DNA of 64,000 nucleotides from a virus (Duplodnaviria; Heunggongvirae; Uroviricota; Caudoviricetes): IMG/VR virus record IMGVR_UViG_2974563859_000001; one strand, 5' to 3'. Shown piece by piece: positions 56,757 to 64,000 of this stretch (position 1 is its first letter; each line of letters starts with the position of its first letter). The notes under the pieces were generated by a model. It saw only the letters and a program-made list of their open reading frames with translations, ran no database searches and was not told where the DNA came from. The position numbers and the translations under genes were made by a program.

Positions 56757-58556
56757 TTAACCTTCAATAGTTGGGATAACTGTTGATTTAGCATCTCCTT
56801 CAGATACTCCTCCAATAACTGGAGTGTCAGGTGGTGTAGTATCAATAATATCAACTATTTTGGATGTAATATAGCTTTCATAGTCATCATCACCATCTAG
56901 ACTTCGTACATAGATTATACAATTTTTATAGATTTTAACTGGATCTCTGTACCAACGCCAATCACCATCATCAATCCGATATTGAAATTTCATTGTAGGA
57001 TCTTTCGGGAAATTAACAGTGGCTATAGTTCTATAGCATAATTCATTTGGATCCAAAGTGATCGTATATCTATATTTTATTTTCTTATAGAATTCTACAG
57101 TCGTATATTCTGAATATAGACCATTTGAAAGTTTATGTGCTTTAGATTCAATACGATATATGCCCTTTTTAGAGTATGTTTGTTCCTCTGGTATTTGCAC
57201 CCATTGAGTATCATTTAAATCTTTTTTATAATAAACTTTTGTTACAGGTACACAACCAGATTGTACAATTATTCTTGGTGAAACAGGGTTAGGGAATCTA
57301 CCTATGAGTCCGTAATCTTTACCTTGATAATCTTTGTCAATTCTAATAATTGGTGGATCAGGTGGATCATTGTCAATGGTAAATACACCTTTTTTAGTAA
57401 GTGTTTTATGGTTAGTATTTTTTCTAATTGTAACAACAATTGTATAAGTACCATTTTCTACTAATGGAGTACCTAAAGTATATGCTTTACCATTAATCTT
57501 TGCTTCATATAACGTACAACCACTAGGAACATTAATAGTTGGATAACACGCCGCTAAATATACTTTGTTGTATTCATCATATATCCTTGATGTAACAGCT
57601 TTGTCAAAGATCTTAAAATCAGGAGCAGGTGTTGGATCTTCATATATAATTCTTGAAGTTGCAAAATCCATTAATGATGGTGTATCTTTATTAGTACATC
57701 TTACTGCAACTTCATAAGTGCCATACTTATTAATTTTATAATAATTAGTAAAAGTAAAGTTACTAGTATTACCATCAATATCAGTGTATCTTTGAGCAGT
57801 TATATCATATTTAAATTTAGATGTATCTTCTTTCCAAAAAACAGTAATAGGTTTGTAAACTGTATAAGTTTCTGGTGTATTCGGAATTAAGATATTCTTA
57901 TTAGATCTCTTGTCATACAGATCAATATTAGGTTTTGTTTTATCTGCAATAGATCTAATACCTGTAATATTTACTGTTGCAGATCTAGAGATTTTATCTG
58001 GTGTTTTTAATTTTACTTTAAATTTAATTGGTCTTCTATAAGTATTATGAACAGCTAGATACCAAGAACCTTTATACCAGCCACTCCAATCTCCATTACT
58101 AGTACTATTAGCCCACTGATATGTTCCAGGAATAGAAACCCATTTCTTTGGTGTCCATTTTTTAGATAAGTCAGTAGCATCAAATAATTGTGCATTGGTT
58201 TGAGATTTAGGAGCCGCTTTAGATCCTTTTGATATTTTGGTATAAGGTCTTGTACCATAGTTCATGACACCATCATACTTATTCCCATACCAATACCATG
58301 CCGGATTAATCCATTGCTCTTTGTAGTCATATTTTACTGTAGTTAGAGTCACTTTCATATTTTTCTTAATTGTAACATAACTACTTCCAATAGAGGTTCT
58401 TTTTCCTCCTGCAAGTGTATAGTATTTTTCATTTCCCTTTGGAACTACACATTGAACCTTTATATCTCCATTGGAAAGAACTTGTTTTACAATTAAATAG
58501 AAACCGGATTTAGAACCCTTAATTCTATCTCCAACTTTATAACTAGTTGTAGCCAT
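56757..58556 (-). CDS. Tail adhesin-like protein, aromatic-rich N-terminus plus Ig-like modules, 599 aa
   Basis: W/Y-rich N-domain; PPDPP modules; YRIDDGDWRWY..P..I.KNC.I. Confidence 0.6.
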   Translation of the reverse strand: MATTSYKVGDRIKGSKSGFYLIVKQVLSNGDIKVQCVVPKGNEKYYTLAGGKRTSIGSSYVTIKKNMKVTLTTVKYDYKEQWINPAWYWYGNKYDGVMNYGTRPYTKISKGSKAAPKSQTNAQLFDATDLSKKWTPKKWVSIPGTYQWANSTSNGDWSGWYKGSWYLAVHNTYRRPIKFKVKLKTPDKISRSATVNITGIRSIADKTKPNIDLYDKRSNKNILIPNTPETYTVYKPITVFWKEDTSKFKYDITAQRYTDIDGNTSNFTFTNYYKINKYGTYEVAVRCTNKDTPSLMDFATSRIIYEDPTPAPDFKIFDKAVTSRIYDEYNKVYLAACYPTINVPSGCTLYEAKINGKAYTLGTPLVENGTYTIVVTIRKNTNHKTLTKKGVFTIDNDPPDPPIIRIDKDYQGKDYGLIGRFPNPVSPRIIVQSGCVPVTKVYYKKDLNDTQWVQIPEEQTYSKKGIYRIESKAHKLSNGLYSEYTTVEFYKKIKYRYTITLDPNELCYRTIATVNFPKDPTMKFQYRIDDGDWRWYRDPVKIYKNCIIYVRSLDGDDDYESYITSKIVDIIDTTPPDTPVIGGVSEGDAKSTVIPTIEG

Positions 58557-58567
58557 TTATTTACCTC

Positions 58568-59167
58568 CTAACCTATAACTATTACTTTGTATTGATTTGG
58601 TGATGGTGCAGATAAGAAATTTATTCTTATTGTGTTTGCATCTTCAATAGAAACATTAGTCATAACTAAATCTTTTGTTTCTTCATCCCATACACTTACA
58701 TTAATGTCATCAGTTCCCAAATTATGTCTTATAACAAAGCTATGGTTACTACTATTACCAATTAGTTCTGAATATTTTAAGACTCCAATTAAGCTACCAT
58801 CTTCACTTTCTCTTATATCATTTAGCTTTCTACGAACATCCCCATCTAAATCACTTTCGGGAATCCCATTAATAGGTTTAGAATATTTAGAATCCCAATC
58901 TAATACTTTAATATCGTTTAAGTGACGTTTACTATCTTCTACATGATTTTTTACATATTCAATGTTTGCCTTACTCTGAATATCTTTTATTAAATTAGTT
59001 AATTGAGACAACTCTATTCCTGAAGAATTTATGACAGAAAGGAGGTTAAATAACTGTTCTATATTCTTTTCCATATATGACAATCTATTATTTAATTCTT
59101 TATAAATGTAACCATTCTGTACATCATTTGATTCTATCCGCATCTCGTTAGGCATAATAACTCTCAC
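58568..59167 (-). CDS. Short tail-fibre-related protein, 199 aa
   Basis: One copy of the HxxDxxxH...WxxKYxKPxxGIP repeat; C-terminal IRHNLGTDDINVSVWD domain. Confidence 0.65.
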   Translation of the reverse strand: MRVIMPNEMRIESNDVQNGYIYKELNNRLSYMEKNIEQLFNLLSVINSSGIELSQLTNLIKDIQSKANIEYVKNHVEDSKRHLNDIKVLDWDSKYSKPINGIPESDLDGDVRRKLNDIRESEDGSLIGVLKYSELIGNSSNHSFVIRHNLGTDDINVSVWDEETKDLVMTNVSIEDANTIRINFLSAPSPNQYKVIVIG

Positions 59168-59188
59168 CTTCTTTAATAATTTTCTACT

Positions 59189-59200
59189 TATCTATATGTT
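59189..59200 (-). promoter_or_regulatory. Late promoter AACA-TATAGA-TA
   Basis: Consensus match upstream of the tail operon. Confidence 0.7.
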
Positions 59201-59227
59201 CTTTTCATCTTAAGAACTAGAAATAAT

Positions 59228-59270
59228 AATGTAAATGAAGATAGACAAATAGCCTATCTTCATTTACATT
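59228..59270 (-). terminator. Terminator after the long fibre gene
   Basis: aatgtaaatgaagatag/ctatcttcatttacatt 17-bp stem. Confidence 0.7.
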
Positions 59271-59277
59271 TATTTTA

Positions 59278-62109
59278 TTAGCGGATCACTACTTTACCAA
59301 TAAAGGCAGTAGGAAATTGTACTTCAATATCTTTTGTTGTATCATTGATACGAACAAGAGATGGTTGAACAGTTTCCCAAAATTCTGCATTTTGTGTATA
59401 AGCCACAACAGAATATTCAAATGGCTCTTTAGTGATTCCATGCTCAGTAGCAAGAATTGAAACAGTAGTAGCTTCTTCAGTTACCGTTTTAGTGTAAGGC
59501 ATAGAAACACTATTAAGTTTGTTTTGCAATTCTACTACTAGATCAGTCGCTGGAATACCTTCAGCTGGTTTAGCATACTTAGCAGACCACTCAGTTTTTT
59601 GTTCATCAGTTACATGAACAGTTTCATCAGCGATATGACTTGCACTATTAGTAAGAGCTGTAGATACAGATGCTTCAAGATCGGCAACAGGAATACCTTC
59701 AGCTGGTTTAGCATACTTAGCAGACCACTCAGTTTTTTGTGCCGCTGTTACATGGATAGTACCATCAACAACATGGTCAGCAAAGCCATCTACAGTTGTA
59801 ACAAAACCACTTTCGAGGTCAGTCGCTGGAATACCTTCAGCTGGTTTGTCATATTTAGCATTCCATTTAGAGCGTTCAGCATCTGTAATGTGAACAGTAG
59901 TATCACCAGTATGATTAGAAAGATCAGCAACAGAAGCCGCACCATCAATCTTACCTTTAAGGGCATCGGACAGATCATTTTCTGGAATACCAGTATTAGG
60001 TTTAGCATACTTAGCGTTCCAGCTAGCTCTTTCTGAAGCAGTTACGTGTTTAACTGTATCAGTAGCATGAGCATTAAAGTCTGTGTTTGATACCATGCCA
60101 TTTACTTTAGAAATAAATGACTGTGCCATATCAGACTCAGGAATACCAGTTGATGGTTTAGCATACTTGCCATTCCAGATAGTACGCTCTTCAGCAGTAA
60201 TGTGAACAGTAGTATTATCTACATGGGTAGTTAGATCTGCCGCAGAAGCTGAACCATTGATTTTAGCCTCAAGTCCTGCTTCCAAATCTGCCGCCGGAAT
60301 ACCTTCTTCTGGTTTAGCATACTTGCCATTCCAAGCAATTCTTTCATCAGCAGTGATGTGTTTAACAGCATCAGTAGCATGTGCATTTAGATTTGCCTGT
60401 GTTGCCATTCCAGCTACTTTATCACGGAAAGCAAGGGTAAGATCAGTTTCAGGGATACCATCAGTTGGTTTGACATATTTGGCATTCCAGTTACTACGCT
60501 CAACAGTTGTAATATGTTTAACAGTATCATTGGCATGAGCCGCAAGATCAGCAGAAGTAGCCGCACTATTAATTTTAGTTTTGAGATCTTTTTCAAGATC
60601 TTCTTCAGGAATTCCTGTTAATGGTTTATCATACTTAGCATTCCATTTATCACGTTCTGATTGAGCTAAGTGACGCACACTATCAGTTTCGTGTTCTAAG
60701 AAATCTGCATTAGTAACCATTCCATTAATCTTTGTCTGTAAGCCAGAAGCAAGATCAGTTTCAGGGATACCAGTTGATGGTTTGTCATATTTAACGTTCC
60801 ATTTAGAACGTTCTGTTTCTGTAATATGGATTGTACCATCAGCCTTGTGGTTATTCCAATTTTCACGTTCTTTTTCACTAATATGGACAGTAGTATTTGA
60901 AGCGTGATCAGTAAGTTCTTTCTTAGTAGCCGCACTACCAATTTTACTCTGTACACTAGAATCCAAATCAGCCATTGGAACACCAGTTGATGGTTTTACA
61001 TATTTTCCATTCCAAGAAAGACGTTCAGCATTAGTAATGTGAGCAACTGAATCATTTTTGTGATCGGTTAGAGCTGTAGCTGTAGCCGCACCATTAATTT
61101 TATCTTGGACAGGTAATTCTAAATCTTTCATTGGAACGCCGTTAGCAGGTTTATCATACTTAGCATTCCATTTATCACGTTCTTCGCCTGTGATATGTTT
61201 AATAACATCGTCTTCATGATCTTGAAGATCAACTGCTTTAGCCGCACTATTGATACTATTTTGAACAATTTCAGAGAAATCAGTCATTGGAATACCAGTA
61301 GCAGGTTTATCATACTTAGCATTCCATTTAGCACGCTCAGTAGATGATGTATGAATATCAAGATTATTAGTATGATTAGAAAGATCGGAATTTAAAGCAG
61401 ATGCTTTAATACGATCAGAAACAACTGGATCTAGATCTTTCATTGGAATACCAGTAGCAGGTTTATCATACTTATTATTCCATGCTCCACGTTCAGTTCC
61501 AGTAATGTGTCGAACTGAATCATTGAAGTGAGGATCAAACTCAGTATGACGAACAATATCTTTATCAATGAATTCAGAATAAATTTTTTTATCTGCATTG
61601 AAAAGATCAGACTTTGCAATTTTTGCAGATAATAGACTATCTACTTCTGATTTAATATAAAAACGAGAAGTATCTAGTGTTAATTTATTAAGATCTTCAA
61701 TGTTTTCCAATTTAATTTTACCAGTAAAGTGTCCATCTTCAGTAATAAGAGCCTTAATAACACCTTGAGAAACAAAAGCAGCAATATTACCAGTGCTTGT
61801 ATTTTCCAATACAGTACTACCAATATTTTTAAGCATAGAGTCAGTGTTTCTAGCATGCTTTTTCTCAATAGCATCTTTAAGTTCGTCATTCATAGTGACT
61901 CCAACACTGGATTCATAAATTGGACGTCCTGTTTCTGTGTAGCCAATAGGGTCAGTATTAGCATTACCAGAAGAATAGTTAGTACCATTCAAGGTAATTT
62001 TGGAGACAGAACTAAAGCGATTATCAGCCATTAATTGGTCAATAATTGTCTTACTCAAGCTATTTGAGCTTAATGTGTTTGTATAGAAAGAACTCAAATC
62101 ATAAGCCAT
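59278..62109 (-). CDS. Long tail fibre with 13 tandem 46-52-aa repeats, 943 aa
   Basis: HxxDxxxH[IV]TxxERxxWNxKYxKPxxGIPxxDL repeats; C-terminal ATEHGITK..VRINDT..IEVQF domain. Confidence 0.75.
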   Translation of the reverse strand: MAYDLSSFYTNTLSSNSLSKTIIDQLMADNRFSSVSKITLNGTNYSSGNANTDPIGYTETGRPIYESSVGVTMNDELKDAIEKKHARNTDSMLKNIGSTVLENTSTGNIAAFVSQGVIKALITEDGHFTGKIKLENIEDLNKLTLDTSRFYIKSEVDSLLSAKIAKSDLFNADKKIYSEFIDKDIVRHTEFDPHFNDSVRHITGTERGAWNNKYDKPATGIPMKDLDPVVSDRIKASALNSDLSNHTNNLDIHTSSTERAKWNAKYDKPATGIPMTDFSEIVQNSINSAAKAVDLQDHEDDVIKHITGEERDKWNAKYDKPANGVPMKDLELPVQDKINGAATATALTDHKNDSVAHITNAERLSWNGKYVKPSTGVPMADLDSSVQSKIGSAATKKELTDHASNTTVHISEKERENWNNHKADGTIHITETERSKWNVKYDKPSTGIPETDLASGLQTKINGMVTNADFLEHETDSVRHLAQSERDKWNAKYDKPLTGIPEEDLEKDLKTKINSAATSADLAAHANDTVKHITTVERSNWNAKYVKPTDGIPETDLTLAFRDKVAGMATQANLNAHATDAVKHITADERIAWNGKYAKPEEGIPAADLEAGLEAKINGSASAADLTTHVDNTTVHITAEERTIWNGKYAKPSTGIPESDMAQSFISKVNGMVSNTDFNAHATDTVKHVTASERASWNAKYAKPNTGIPENDLSDALKGKIDGAASVADLSNHTGDTTVHITDAERSKWNAKYDKPAEGIPATDLESGFVTTVDGFADHVVDGTIHVTAAQKTEWSAKYAKPAEGIPVADLEASVSTALTNSASHIADETVHVTDEQKTEWSAKYAKPAEGIPATDLVVELQNKLNSVSMPYTKTVTEEATTVSILATEHGITKEPFEYSVVAYTQNAEFWETVQPSLVRINDTTKDIEVQFPTAFIGKVVIR
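59552..59740. repeat. Identical 51-nt direct repeat (59552-59602, 59690-59740), period 138 nt
   Basis: ggaataccttcagctggtttagcatacttagcagaccactcagttttttgt occurs twice. Confidence 0.9.
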
Positions 62110-62132
62110 TAGAGTCTACACATCCTTTTCTG

Positions 62133-64000
62133 TTATTTTAATCCTTTGTAATTTACCTTATCATACGGTTCATTACAATCGATTAATATATTGTTATTTA
62201 AGTAAGGCAACACTAGTGATAAATTTTCGTTCAAATAAGTTAAAAACTCAATACTACCAATTTCATTGCAGTCAAAATCACAATCTTTATCCTGTATAAA
62301 TTGTCTATCTACTTTTGTATTAATAAGATAAGACCTGCCGGGATTAAATAAGGAAATATTATCCTCAAATCTCCGTTCATTATAGGATCTGTTACAGTTA
62401 ACACTTATATCATGATTGAAATAGGTAGGTAATTTTTTCATATAATCCATAACTACTGGACTTTCTTTTAAACCAGTAAAAAGATTGTTGTTATTTGAAT
62501 CTAATTCGGGAGCAATATTATTTTTAATCATATTAAATAGTTGCTCAAAATATTGATATTTATCTTTCAATTGATAAATATATTTAAGTCCAATATATTT
62601 ATCTTGATCAGTTTCTTCTATAGCTTCACTTGAATGAGTTTTTAACCATTCTTCAATGAATTTATCTTGACCAATTCTCTTTGACTTGATATCATCTTTT
62701 GAGGGATATTTTTTATAGAGTTCAATTAGTCTTTTAAGAAGATCATCTTCTTGATAATGAAAAGTAATCATTATATTTTTTCTGGTTCCAATATTTTTTA
62801 AAATAAGTGATTTAGAGTTTATGATATCGTATTGTGTACTATTTAGCTTCTTATTGTTGGCATAAATAGTAAAAGTTCCATCTATTAAAGGATAAGAATC
62901 ATCTTGTAGAGTTATTATTGCCCTGTTATCCTCTCTCTTTGGAACTTCACTAAAGAAAAAGTATGAGTTTTTCATATAATCTCTAAAAGTTAATTCAATT
63001 TTAGAACCAAAATGAGTCATATCTTTAAAAAGAATCATACTTGGAATTTGATTATGAAGTTGCATATTAATTAATGCAAAATCATCATTGGGAGTTAACC
63101 GATATCCATTAACAAATACCTCTACATTTTCTATATCTTCCATAAATTCTGTAACTACTTCACCATTACTTGTCACATGAGAAACAGGAACAAAATAACA
63201 TGGAACTTGATAGTAATTTGCCATTAAGTTAAAAGCATCAGTCTTAAAGAACATTGATTCAGTGATATTATTGGAAACTACCATAATCTCATTCCCAATT
63301 TTCGGAATGTAATTATCTTTTATAATTACCTCTAGAGAAAAACGATCTTCTGTAAAGTAATTAACAATAATTTTAGTTCTTTTAGGATTAACACGTTTCC
63401 ATGAGTTACTATTCTTGAATCTAACATAAACTGAAAAATCTCTATGAGAGAAATATTTTCCAATTCCATCTGTTTTAACAGTAATTCCCTTTGTATATAG
63501 ATTCTCAACGTCTTCTTTTGTTTGAATAATATAAGTACATTTAATTTCTTCGTAATCAATTAATGGGTTTCTAAAAGTTTCCAATTCTATAGTTGAATCA
63601 TCTTTTATATCACCCTCTTTTAAATACGAACGACTTATTCCATCTAACTTATTTTGAGAATTATTGTCTCGGTGAAATATCTTTTTACCATCAACATACG
63701 CATTTAATTTATGTCTATCAGATATAAAATGATTTATATCTTTCATAGTAAATTGATACTTTTCACCATTTACCCCAAAATTAGCCTCTTCGCCATAAGC
63801 ATCAAACTTATTAGTTAATAGATATTTTCCTTTAGTACCAGTAGTTAATTTAAATACTCTATTATTTACTGGATTACAAATAAGATTTATTAATTTTTTA
63901 ATATAACTAGGATCAATATAATTTTTATTTGTTAATTTATCCATTAAAAATTTATTCATATAACGAATATCGCCATTGATAGTTATTTCTCTTAGTTCTT
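62133..64000 (-). CDS. C-terminal part of a large virion (baseplate/tail) protein; 5' end outside window
   Basis: Frame stays open upstream of ATG 63959 to the window edge (ELREITINGDIRY-MNK); EVFVNGYRL beta modules. Confidence 0.6.
   Translation of the reverse strand, partial: ELREITINGDIRYMNKFLMDKLTNKNYIDPSYIKKLINLICNPVNNRVFKLTTGTKGKYLLTNKFDAYGEEANFGVNGEKYQFTMKDINHFISDRHKLNAYVDGKKIFHRDNNSQNKLDGISRSYLKEGDIKDDSTIELETFRNPLIDYEEIKCTYIIQTKEDVENLYTKGITVKTDGIGKYFSHRDFSVYVRFKNSNSWKRVNPKRTKIIVNYFTEDRFSLEVIIKDNYIPKIGNEIMVVSNNITESMFFKTDAFNLMANYYQVPCYFVPVSHVTSNGEVVTEFMEDIENVEVFVNGYRLTPNDDFALINMQLHNQIPSMILFKDMTHFGSKIELTFRDYMKNSYFFFSEVPKREDNRAIITLQDDSYPLIDGTFTIYANNKKLNSTQYDIINSKSLILKNIGTRKNIMITFHYQEDDLLKRLIELYKKYPSKDDIKSKRIGQDKFIEEWLKTHSSEAIEETDQDKYIGLKYIYQLKDKYQYFEQLFNMIKNNIAPELDSNNNNLFTGLKESPVVMDYMKKLPTYFNHDISVNCNRSYNERRFEDNISLFNPGRSYLINTKVDRQFIQDKDCDFDCNEIGSIEFLTYLNENLSLVLPYLNNNILIDCNEPYDKVNYKGLK

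Noticed and set aside
56738-56760. Read-through fusion of the 599-aa and 1438-aa genes
   Set aside because: Three consecutive TAA stops and a separate RBS
59278-61600. CRISPR-like or non-coding repeat array
   Set aside because: The repeats are in-frame protein repeats with synonymous variation and no unique spacers
8413-63559. Short antisense or overlapping track ORFs (e.g. 8413-8772, 12345-12542, 14448-14795, 23037-23435, 27318-27599, 36176-36547, 37103-37381, 43074-43274, 50670-51029, 59599-60036)
   Set aside because: They are shadows of real genes, with Ser/Phe/Ile-rich antisense composition and no RBS
1-64000. Host sigma-A promoters, reverse transcriptase, integrase or cas genes
   Set aside because: No convincing TTGACA-N17-TATAAT in intergenic regions and no such protein motifs were recognised

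Overview
This window is part of an AT-rich (estimated by eye below 30% GC) Bacillus jumbo myophage of the AR9/PBS1 type, a uracil-DNA, phiKZ-related phage in which T in the file probably stands for U. The identification rests on three things. The 464-aa, 562-aa, 401-aa and spliced 426-aa proteins match my recollection of AR9 gp226 (nvRNAP promoter-specificity subunit), gp228 (chaperonin), gp264 (vRNAP beta-prime C) and gp270 (nvRNAP beta-prime N). The gene order is consistent with that. Both AR9-type promoter classes are present: ten exact AAATATATATTAT early boxes and many intergenic AACA-N6-T(A/G) late boxes. Contents: head and baseplate virion genes; a nucleotide and replication block (5'-3' nuclease-like protein, dCMP/dCTP deaminase, nrdIEF, primase, dNMP kinase, small PolB-palm-like protein, RNase H); early accessory genes (MqsA-like, XRE-HTH, holin, lipoprotein); tRNA-Asn; three homing-endonuclease-type genes; a group I intron inside the RNAP catalytic DYDG|D motif; and a large tail-fibre module. 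The most interesting unexplained signals are: (1) a late-promoter-driven ~260-nt structured RNA ending in a 47-nt anticodon-less tRNA-like minihelix with encoded CCA (31086-31346); (2) an early structured RNA whose long-range pseudoknot encloses a 15-codon ORF (4827-5071); (3) 12-15-aa M-x-K micro-ORFs as first cistrons of four early promoters, one being an inverted partial copy of the vRNAP beta-prime-C 5' end; (4) a probable -1 frameshift fusing the gp26-like and gp51-like hub chaperones. All calls were made by eye with no database search or folding software.
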